Part shown: positions 39,077-47,287 of the stretch, piece after piece
Numbering within the stretch: position 1 is the first letter of the stretch
Layout: every line of letters starts with the position of its first letter
From: an uncultured bacterium
GTDB taxonomy: Bacteria; Acidobacteriota; Aminicenantia; Aminicenantales; CALLJL01
Length of the DNA stretch: 64,000 nt
Reading direction: 5' to 3'
Assembly: GCA_938092135.1 (NCBI GenBank)
Contig: CALLJL010000003.1
Location: forward strand, 172,724-236,723
The notes under the pieces: model-generated
Told to the model about the DNA's origin: nothing
The model's input: the letters and a program-made list of their open reading frames with translations, nothing else
Database searches by the model: none
Program-made: the position numbers and the translations under genes

Positions 39077-39847
39077 TCAGAAGGAAAAAATTCCTTTAAA
39101 ATTTAAACTCCAATTCTGGCCATCTTTATGGGGAATAAATTTGGCTTCACCGCCAATAAAAAAATAAGAAGAAATAAGAAAATTGGCTCCGAGGGCTAAG
39201 GCAATTTTTCCTCTAGATTTGATTTCTTTAGTTTCACTCCCAGTAAGATTTTCTATGATTTCCCGCATCTTAAATTGACCCCAGAAATGATTATATTCCA
39301 ATGAAATATAAGGGAAGAAATTTTCATAGCCATTATAGCCAAAAATTGGGCCAACAGATATCTGTTTCCAATTGGGCTGAGTTTTGATTTCACCTTCCAC
39401 AACCAGATCAGGAATAGGCCATTTCTTTTCTTGCCCAGTGTAGGAGATCAAGCGGGTTCGGCCGCCTAAGGCTAAGAAATTGAGAACAAAAAGCTTGCTT
39501 AACTCTACGCCAAAGAGGCTGCCGGCAAGTCCTCCCACCTCCAAGTCGATGGAGAAGGGAAGATTCCTGAAGATAAGGCTGTGGAAGTCGGAAGAGGAAT
39601 AGCCGGCGACGAGCGCAAGATTATAGCCATCAAGAAACTCTGTTTCAAAGCGAAAGAGGGTGAGATAAGCATTAAGGGAGGTCGTTTCTTCCTGCTCTGA
39701 CCACCATAGACTTCTCTTTAAAATCTCTAATTCAGCTCCGATCCTAAATTTCAGTGAGGGAAAAGAACTGGTTTCTTCGCTGCCCAATTGATTAAAGGAC
39801 AGCAAGAAAATAAAAAGAAGCAGAGTAAGGGGCAGAAATTTTTTCAT
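39077..39847 (-). CDS. Hypothetical outer-membrane beta-barrel protein
   Basis: Signal peptide, alternating hydrophobic/polar strands, C-terminus WSLNFKGIFSF (terminal Phe). Confidence 0.65.
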   Translation of the reverse strand: MKKFLPLTLLLFIFLLSFNQLGSEETSSFPSLKFRIGAELEILKRSLWWSEQEETTSLNAYLTLFRFETEFLDGYNLALVAGYSSSDFHSLIFRNLPFSIDLEVGGLAGSLFGVELSKLFVLNFLALGGRTRLISYTGQEKKWPIPDLVVEGEIKTQPNWKQISVGPIFGYNGYENFFPYISLEYNHFWGQFKMREIIENLTGSETKEIKSRGKIALALGANFLISSYFFIGGEAKFIPHKDGQNWSLNFKGIFSF

Positions 39848-39858
39848 TTTTGCCTCCT

Positions 39859-40677
39859 TTATAATTTATCACCTAATCCAGGCTGAATCTCTTTTAATTT
39901 TTGTTGGGCTTTTTTGGCCAGAGGGCTCTGGGGATAGTCGCTGATGACCTTGGTGAAGTAGGGGACACTTTCCTCTTTTTTACCCCATTTATAATAAGAA
40001 TCGGCAAGATAGAAATAAACCTGATCCATCTTAGAATAATTAGGGAAAGTGGTCAGAATTTCTTTAAAGCGTTCAATGGAAGCCTTAAAGGCATAAACTT
40101 TATAATAAAAGTAGGCAATCCCAAAATTATGTTCAGCTAATCTTTCCTCACATTCTTTTATTTTTTGCTGGGCTTCTTTTGCTTCTTGACTCTCAGGATA
40201 AAGGCTAATCACCTTTTTAAATTCAGCCAGGGCTTGCCAGGTTTTAGTTTGATCACGCCCCGGTTTATAAGCCTTGAGAAAATAGGTTAAGGCAATTCGA
40301 TATTGAGCATAAGCAGCCGAGGGACTGTAAGGATAAAGAGAAATAAATTCTCTGTATTCGGCCGCGGCGAGAATCATACTGCCCTCATCGCCCTTCTCAA
40401 AATAGGAATCGGCAATGGCCAGCTTAGCCCTTTGGGCATAAAAGCTTTTGGGGAAGGAATCGATGACCTGACGAAAATAAAGTCTGGCCTTTTCTGGATC
40501 TTTTTTTAAATATTTCTGACCGAGCTTGAAAAGAGCTTCATCGGAGGAAGCCACATCGGGTGTTAGTTCGGTTTCCTTCCGGCCACAGCTTGTTTGAAAG
40601 AAAAAAGATGCTGAAACAAGAATGATGATAACAGTCAGAAGAATTTTTTTTCGAGAAAAACTAGCCTTCCTTTTCAT
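39859..40677 (-). CDS. bamD: Outer membrane protein assembly factor BamD
   Basis: Lipoprotein-like signal (TSC), TPR repeats, AKLAIADSYF, RDQTKT, RLAEHNFGIAYFY. Confidence 0.9.
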   Translation of the reverse strand: MKRKASFSRKKILLTVIIILVSASFFFQTSCGRKETELTPDVASSDEALFKLGQKYLKKDPEKARLYFRQVIDSFPKSFYAQRAKLAIADSYFEKGDEGSMILAAAEYREFISLYPYSPSAAYAQYRIALTYFLKAYKPGRDQTKTWQALAEFKKVISLYPESQEAKEAQQKIKECEERLAEHNFGIAYFYYKVYAFKASIERFKEILTTFPNYSKMDQVYFYLADSYYKWGKKEESVPYFTKVISDYPQSPLAKKAQQKLKEIQPGLGDKL

Positions 40678-40710
40678 TTTTTCCCTTTAAGATTTAAACA
40701 ATTTTTCATT

Positions 40711-41652
40711 TTATTCATATAGCTGTTTTATCCACAGCCACTGTTGGCGAAGACCATTTTCAAGATCAGAGCGGGGATTATAGCCCAAGTCCAATTTGGC
40801 CTTTTCAATGCTAGCTAAAGTGTGAACAACATCGCCTTTTTGAGGATCGAGCCAACGGATTCTTGCCTTTTGACCAGTTATTTTTTCCATCAGTTCTATT
40901 ACTTCGGAAAGTTCTTTCCGATGTCCTCCACCTATATTATAAACTTCGCCCACCCGGCCTCGTTTCAAGGCCAGAATATTCGCTTCGATAATATCATCGA
41001 TATAGGTGAAATCTCGGGTTTGATGGCCATCGCCATAGACAGGAATAATTTCTTTTTTTAAAAAAGCGACAAAGAATTTATGAAAGGCCATATCAGGTCT
41101 TTGTCTTGGTCCGTAGACGGTAAAGAAACGAAGAGAGATAATCGGCACATTATAATTTTTAAAATAGAGAAAACAGAGTTGTTCAGCGGCCAGCTTAGTC
41201 ACCCCATAGGGCGATATGGGTTGAACTGGGCCATTTTCAACCATAGGAAAGGTTGAACTCAATCCATAAACAGAAGAGGAAGAGGCAAAAATAAATTTTT
41301 CAATTTTTCTGCCCTTAACAGCTTCAAGAAGCTTTTGAGTGGCTAAAACATTGTGTTTGACATATTCAGAAAAATTTTCTCCCCAGCTTGTTCTTACTCC
41401 AGCCTGAGCGGCCAGATGAAAAATGAAGCCCACGCCATCTAATATTTCATTGAAATTAATCTGGTTGAGATCATTTTCCACCAATTGGAAATGGGGTTTA
41501 CTTTCAAGGAAAGTCAGATTTCTCTTTTTTATCCATCGGGGATAGAAATCGGTAAAACAGTCAAGACCAATAACTTCATAGCCTTCCTGGAGAAGCCTCT
41601 CGGCTAGATGAGAGCCGATAAAACCAGCCACACCAGTTACAAGACATTTCAT
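40711..41652 (-). CDS. NAD-dependent nucleotide-sugar epimerase/dehydratase (UDP-glucuronate/glucose 4-epimerase-like)
   Basis: TGVAGFIGSH, HLAAQAGVR, ASSSSVYG, YGVTK (YxxxK), RFFTVYGPRQRPDMA. Confidence 0.93.
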   Translation of the reverse strand: MKCLVTGVAGFIGSHLAERLLQEGYEVIGLDCFTDFYPRWIKKRNLTFLESKPHFQLVENDLNQINFNEILDGVGFIFHLAAQAGVRTSWGENFSEYVKHNVLATQKLLEAVKGRKIEKFIFASSSSVYGLSSTFPMVENGPVQPISPYGVTKLAAEQLCFLYFKNYNVPIISLRFFTVYGPRQRPDMAFHKFFVAFLKKEIIPVYGDGHQTRDFTYIDDIIEANILALKRGRVGEVYNIGGGHRKELSEVIELMEKITGQKARIRWLDPQKGDVVHTLASIEKAKLDLGYNPRSDLENGLRQQWLWIKQLYE

Positions 41653-42320
41653 GGTTTTTGTCTGCTGGCCACGACTTCCTTCATCTTTTTAATAACTGAA
41701 GCCGGGTCTTCATGGCCGAAAATGGTGGCTCCAGCCACGAAAATGGTGACTCCATCATCAATTAGGATTTCCATATTATCTAAAGTAACTCCGCCATCTA
41801 TGGCTATAGGAATCTTAAGTCTTTGTCCTTGAATCCAATTGCGGAGGAGCCTAATTTTATTTCTGGTAGATTCGATCAAGGTTTGACCGCCCCAGCCGGG
41901 ATCAACTGTCATCAGAAGAACAAAATCAAGGTCTTTCAGGATATCAATCATTAAATGAATGGGCGTGCCTGGATTGAGGGCGATACCTGCTTTAAGGCCA
42001 AGTTCCTTCATCTGGAAGATATGGCGATGAATATGCTGACTCGCTTCAAGATGAATGGAGAGCCACCCAGCTCCGGCCTCATAGAATTGGGGAATGAATG
42101 TCTCTGGCTTTTCCACCATTAAATGAGCCCAAATAGGAATTTTTACCTCTTTTTTAAGTGAGGCCACAAGCTGAGGGCCAAAACTGAGAGTTGGGACAAA
42201 ATGGCCATCCATGACGTCAACATGAATAAGGTCAGCACCTGCTTCCTCAGCCAGTTTGGCGGCTTCAGCAAGGCGCCCATAATCGGCCGAAAGAAGGGAA
42301 GGGGCGATCATAATACTCAT
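41649..42320 (-). CDS. rpe: Ribulose-phosphate 3-epimerase
   Basis: IAPSLLSAD, HVDVMDGHFVP, HLMV, LNPGTP, MTVDPGWGGQ, IDGG. Confidence 0.97.
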   Translation of the reverse strand: MSIMIAPSLLSADYGRLAEAAKLAEEAGADLIHVDVMDGHFVPTLSFGPQLVASLKKEVKIPIWAHLMVEKPETFIPQFYEAGAGWLSIHLEASQHIHRHIFQMKELGLKAGIALNPGTPIHLMIDILKDLDFVLLMTVDPGWGGQTLIESTRNKIRLLRNWIQGQRLKIPIAIDGGVTLDNMEILIDDGVTIFVAGATIFGHEDPASVIKKMKEVVASRQKP

Positions 42321-43036
42321 CGGCTTACCTCCAGACTAATTAAATTTCTTTTCTGAACACAATAGCCATGAGGAGGGCTTTGTTTGATGATAATCCCAGA
42401 ACTCAAGCCTGGATAATAACTACTGCGGATATTAGCCACATTGAATCCAAGATTTTTCAGCTGAGGGATAACCACTTCGGCCTTCTTGCCAATAAGATCT
42501 GGCATAACGTATTTTTCTTCTCTTTCTCCCTGACTAATAAGAAGATTTATGGGTGTCATCCTTTTAACCCGACCTGCCTCAGGTTTTGGTCTCTGGGAAA
42601 TCACGCGGCCGGCTGGATATTGAGGTGAATGGATTTGAGCCATAAGTCCTCTGACTAATCCTGAAGCCGCCAATATCTGAATAGCGTTTTCGAGACTCTT
42701 ATTAGTAAGATCGGGAATATCTACAAGTTCGCTCCCCGCTGAAAGGACAACTCGCACCGTCCGGTTGGCCCTCACTTTTGAGGCTGCCGGGGGATCCTGA
42801 CGAATGATCCGTCCCTTTTCAATTTCATCGTGATAATCAGTTGTCTGAACAACTAAGGAAAGTAAGCGCCGATTTAACTCCATTCGAGCCTCCTCAGGGG
42901 TTTTACCCCTCAGATCAGGGACAGTAACTATTTCTCCTTTAAGAATCAATCTGGTTGTAACCAGGGCACTAGAGAAAAACAGAATCGAGGCAAGAAGAAT
43001 AATTACAGCTACCTTAAAAAGCCCATCATTTAACAT
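42317..43036 (-). CDS. Membrane-anchored triple PASTA-domain protein
   Basis: One TM helix then three repeats starting VPDLRG, IPDLTN, MPDLIG with IxQxP motifs. No kinase domain. Confidence 0.9.
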   Translation of the reverse strand: MLNDGLFKVAVIILLASILFFSSALVTTRLILKGEIVTVPDLRGKTPEEARMELNRRLLSLVVQTTDYHDEIEKGRIIRQDPPAASKVRANRTVRVVLSAGSELVDIPDLTNKSLENAIQILAASGLVRGLMAQIHSPQYPAGRVISQRPKPEAGRVKRMTPINLLISQGEREEKYVMPDLIGKKAEVVIPQLKNLGFNVANIRSSYYPGLSSGIIIKQSPPHGYCVQKRNLISLEVSR

Positions 43037-43271
43037 TAGATTACCTTAGTAATCTTATAATAGCCTTATTCTATATCATATAATCAATAAGGTGTAAATT
43101 ATCCCATTTAAAAGAATTCTTTTCAGAAGATTTCTGTTAGGTTAAGACCAAACGATTTATTTTGTTTTCTGAAGCTTTATTAACTAATCGAGAGAAAATT
43201 TTTATTTTCACTTCTTTGAATTATAATTAGCCTTGCTTTTTAATTTAGAAAATTAGAATAAAGGAGCGTCC

Positions 43272-44306
43272 ATGGAAAGATGGTCTGATTTTCGGAGTGA
43301 TACGGTTACCAAACCTACCGAGGCTATGCGCCGGGCTATGGCTGAGGCCGAAGTTGGCGACGATGTTTTGGGGGATGATCCCACCGTTCAGAAACTGGAA
43401 GCTCTGGCTGCTGAAATTATGGGTAAAGAAGCCGCTCTTTATGTCCCTTCAGGCACCATGGGCAATGCCGTGGCTGTCAAAGTTTGGACCAGAGAACTTG
43501 AAGAAGTTATCGTCGAAGCTCGCTCTCACATTTATAATATGGAATCAACTCATCTTACTTTTATTTCCCGGGTAAATCCAAGACCCTTGCCTTCAAGGCG
43601 GGGGGCAATGGATCCTGAGGATATTGCCCGGAATATCCGGCAGGCCTCAGTTCACACTCCCCGGACGTCATTGATCTGCCTTGAAAATACTCATAATAAT
43701 TGGTCGGGAGCGGTTATTCCCCTGGAAAACATGAAAGCTACTAGAGAAGTAGCTGATCGCTTTGGAGTAAAAATTCATCTCGATGGTGCCCGCATTTTTA
43801 ATGCTAGTATTGCTTCCGGAATTCCAGTTAAGGAATATGCAAAACTGGTTGATTCCATTATGTTCTGTCTCTCTAAAGGACTTTCAGCTCCTGTGGGTTC
43901 GATGCTGGCTGGCCCTAAGGATTTTATTGATCAAGCCCGCCGTGTACGTAAGGCCTTGGGCGGGGGAATGCGTCAGGCCGGAGTGCTAGCTGCCTGCGGA
44001 ATCATCGCTTTGACCCAAATGGTCGATCGCCTGAAGGAGGATCATGATCGTGCCAAGCGCTTAGCCAAAGCCATAGCAGAGCTGCCCGGAATAATTTTAA
44101 ATCCTGAAGAAATAGAGACCAATATTGTTATTTTCGGTCTTAATCACCCCCGCTGGAGTATTCCCGCCTTTCTGGAAGAACTTAAAAAGAGACATATTCT
44201 GGCTCTGCCGGTTTCAAGGGGAATTCGTTTCGTTACCCATAAAGATGTCAATGATGAGGATATTGATCGAGCTATTGAAGCTTTCCAGCAGCTCCTTTCT
44301 TTTTGA
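43272..44306 (+). CDS. ltaE: Low-specificity L-threonine aldolase
   Basis: [57 protein letters not shown]. Confidence 0.95.
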   Translation: MERWSDFRSDTVTKPTEAMRRAMAEAEVGDDVLGDDPTVQKLEALAAEIMGKEAALYVPSGTMGNAVAVKVWTRELEEVIVEARSHIYNMESTHLTFISRVNPRPLPSRRGAMDPEDIARNIRQASVHTPRTSLICLENTHNNWSGAVIPLENMKATREVADRFGVKIHLDGARIFNASIASGIPVKEYAKLVDSIMFCLSKGLSAPVGSMLAGPKDFIDQARRVRKALGGGMRQAGVLAACGIIALTQMVDRLKEDHDRAKRLAKAIAELPGIILNPEEIETNIVIFGLNHPRWSIPAFLEELKKRHILALPVSRGIRFVTHKDVNDEDIDRAIEAFQQLLSF

Positions 44307-44333
44307 AGAAAATCAAGAAGAAATTATATTGAA

Positions 44334-46346
44334 TCAGCCAAGCAAAGTAGAAAGAAACTGACTTATTTCATAGACTGAATAGTCTTCTTGACCGATTTCT
44401 TTAAGTCCATCCCGAAGCATGGTCAAACAGAAAGGACAGGTAGTGATGACTGTTTTAGTTTCAACTGAGGCTATTTCCTTTGACCGGATTCGATTAATTC
44501 TTTCACCTAGCTTTTCTTCAGTCCACATCAAGCCCCCGCCAGCGCCGCAGCAAAAGCTGTGTTCCCTATTACGGGGTAATTCAATAAGGGAAATTCCAGG
44601 GATAGATTTAAGCAACCTTCTGGGTTCATCGGTTAGCCCATGATGCCGACTGTAATAGCAAGAATCGTGGAGAGTCACTTTCCTTTCTTCCGGTTTAAAT
44701 TTAAGCCTTTTCTCCCTGATCAAGCTGTTTAAAAATTCAAGGTGGGATACAACCTCTATTTTGGCCAGAAATTCCTTTTCCTTGTCTGGAATATCGTTGA
44801 AAAGGCCAAGCAGTTTAGGATATTCATCCTTCAAGGTATGGTAGCCGTGGGGGCAAAAGGTCAGGATTTTTTTTATTCTATATCGGCTAAAAGCTTCAAG
44901 ATTCATACGGGCTAAGGTCTGAAAAAGATATTCATTTCCCAGGCGGCGGGCTGAATCACCGCAGCACTTTTCTTCCTCGCCCAGGATAACAAAATTAATC
45001 CCAGCTTGCCTTAGAACTTTTACGATGGATTTAGCTATACTTTGGCCTGCTTCGTCAAAGGAGCCAGCGCAGCCAACAAAAAGCAAAATTTCGGCTTCAG
45101 GATTATCAGCGATTCGTGGCACCCTTTCTTTTTCCGCCCATTCGGCCCGACGGGAAAAACCAATTCCCCAGGGATTGGCGTTGGTTTCAAGATTACGGAA
45201 AAAGCTATGGAGTTCAGAAGGAAAATCGCTTTTCATCAGAACTTGGCTTTGCCTCAGACCAAATATTTTTGGCAAGTGTTCAATTTCCACGGGGCAAACA
45301 TGCATACAGGCGGCGCAGCTTGTGCAAGTCCAGATTTCTTCGGGTTTTATAATTTCAGGGACTAGGTTGGGAAGCTTTTCCCTTTCATTGCGACGTAGAG
45401 CTTGATAAGAGGAGAGAAGATGTTTTTCGAGATTAAATATAATCATTTTAGGGGAAAGAGGTTTGCCGGAAAGGTAGGCTGGACAAGTATCCTGACAGCG
45501 ACCACATTCAATACAGGCAAAGGAATCGAGGCAGTCCTTCCAGCTGAGATCTATTACCTTTTCAACGCCATAGATTTCTTGCTTCTCGAAATCAAGGGGA
45601 TCAATTTCACCGGGGCTTTTTTCTCGATGAAAAATAAGATTAATGGGACCAGCAAACATATGGAAATATTTAGAGTGGGGGACATAGGCAATAAAAGCAT
45701 AGACAATAACGATGTGAAGCCACCAGGAAAGGCGGTAAAAGAAACCAATATTTATGAATGAAGAACTTGAGCCGAAGAAGAGGCGGCTAAGAAAGGGCCC
45801 AAGAAAAGAAAGGCGAATTTCTTCGGGATGAGCGGTGGCGGCGCAGGCCTCAAAAAAGAGATAGCTTAAAGTTGTGGCCATTAAAAAAGAATAAATGATG
45901 GCTGAATCAAGGGGAGTAGTTCGTAGAGCCTGAGGCCTTAAGAGGAAACGTCGCCCCCAAAAATATAGAGTAGCCACTAAAACGATCACGGCCATTAGAT
46001 CAATCATAAAGGAGACCACGGTTCGGGCTACTCCGTGGCCGAAAAGAGAAAGACGAGTTGAGAAACCCTCGAGAGTGTGATTGACGGTCATGGTATCAAA
46101 GGTTAAAGCTGCGTAAAAAAAGGCGGCATGAATGAATCCAGTTAAAAGACGCTCATTTCTTAGAGAGCACCGCTGCAGAAGAACACGACTGAGCATCCGG
46201 CCAATTCTTCGACCAAGTTTATCCCTTCGAGCCAATGGCTGACCTTGCCTAATGATTAAATATCTCTTGTAGACAGGATAAAAAAAGGCAATAATTGTTA
46301 TTAAAATAATAAGGCTAAAAATAACTTTCTCGATTGAGGAAAGCAT
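44334..46346 (-). CDS. Membrane-bound Fe-S oxidoreductase, HdrF/FadF-like (TM domain, 2x[4Fe-4S], two CCG domains)
   Basis: TM N-terminus with His residues (WWLHIV, SKYFHM), CIECGRCQDTCP, CTSCAACMHVCP, KCCGD, HDSCY, FCCGAGGG, CPFC. Confidence 0.9.
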   Translation of the reverse strand: MLSSIEKVIFSLIILITIIAFFYPVYKRYLIIRQGQPLARRDKLGRRIGRMLSRVLLQRCSLRNERLLTGFIHAAFFYAALTFDTMTVNHTLEGFSTRLSLFGHGVARTVVSFMIDLMAVIVLVATLYFWGRRFLLRPQALRTTPLDSAIIYSFLMATTLSYLFFEACAATAHPEEIRLSFLGPFLSRLFFGSSSSFINIGFFYRLSWWLHIVIVYAFIAYVPHSKYFHMFAGPINLIFHREKSPGEIDPLDFEKQEIYGVEKVIDLSWKDCLDSFACIECGRCQDTCPAYLSGKPLSPKMIIFNLEKHLLSSYQALRRNEREKLPNLVPEIIKPEEIWTCTSCAACMHVCPVEIEHLPKIFGLRQSQVLMKSDFPSELHSFFRNLETNANPWGIGFSRRAEWAEKERVPRIADNPEAEILLFVGCAGSFDEAGQSIAKSIVKVLRQAGINFVILGEEEKCCGDSARRLGNEYLFQTLARMNLEAFSRYRIKKILTFCPHGYHTLKDEYPKLLGLFNDIPDKEKEFLAKIEVVSHLEFLNSLIREKRLKFKPEERKVTLHDSCYYSRHHGLTDEPRRLLKSIPGISLIELPRNREHSFCCGAGGGLMWTEEKLGERINRIRSKEIASVETKTVITTCPFCLTMLRDGLKEIGQEDYSVYEISQFLSTLLG

Positions 46347-46361
46347 TGGGCCTCCTTTGGT

Positions 46362-47245
46362 TTAAAAGGGTATGGCTAATCCCCATGTAATTTTATGGAA
46401 GGATTGACGCTGGCCAAGCCGGCTTTCTTTAAGATCCTGCCAAAGACCCCCGCCTAAGGAGAGTTCGAGCCAGGAGAGAAGTTTAATTCTCAAGATAAGA
46501 TCAACAAGAGCCGTCTGACTGCGGGCAAAGGCAACATCGCTTTGTAAAATTGCTTGGCCGTTTAAAGTGACTTCAGGGCTGAGTAAAAGGGCAAGTCGCA
46601 AGCCATATTCCTGTTTAATCTTTTCCCCCGAGAAATCCAGGTAAGTGCGCTGGTTAGTATGATGAAAAAACCAGGTAAAAGGCTCAAAGTAAAATTTTTC
46701 TGTGGCTAAGCCTACGCCAAAACCAAGGTAATTGCGATTTAAATAAAAGGGCTTGCCATTAATATAGCTCTGGTGGTCTGAGTCGTGGTTGCTATCATGC
46801 CCTATAATTAGCACTAAATAACGGCCTATTTCTTGACGAAGGCTGAAATGCCAGTCAAATTTAGTTCGATTATATCCATCATCATGGGTAACTAACTGGG
46901 CTAAAATCTCAGTTTTTGGAGTCAAATCTAAATACATTTGAAAGCCAAAGTTCCAGCGATGCCACTGAGATCATTGAAACTCGGAAAGTTTGAAGGCATG
47001 AGGAGCAGGGCAAAAATTTCTCCTCTGGGGTCAATAAGCCCTGAATCAAGAAGAGAAATTTTATCGTTGTTTGGTCGATAGATAAAAAGGGGCTGGCCCA
47101 AAGCGAGCAAAGGGAGCAATAGGAATTCAATTATCACAATATGAAATATTAAAATCTCTTTTTTTGTCCTTGCTCTTTTTTTCTCTCGAACAATTTTAAG
47201 GCTTTGACTTTTTCCCTCCTTGGCTTTTCTTTTCTGGTTCATCAT
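46362..47245 (-). pseudogene. Outer-membrane beta-barrel-like protein split by a single frameshift near 46930-46970 (pseudogene or sequence error)
   Basis: The 46928..47245 ORF carries the signal peptide (FLLLPLLALG-Q). The other frame reads HRWNFGFQ-MYLDLTP into 46362..46937, which ends KITWGLAIPF. Confidence 0.6.
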
Positions 47246-47287
47246 GGTCGTATCTTTCTCGCTCGTTAAATTCTCGCTTGGTCTTCT

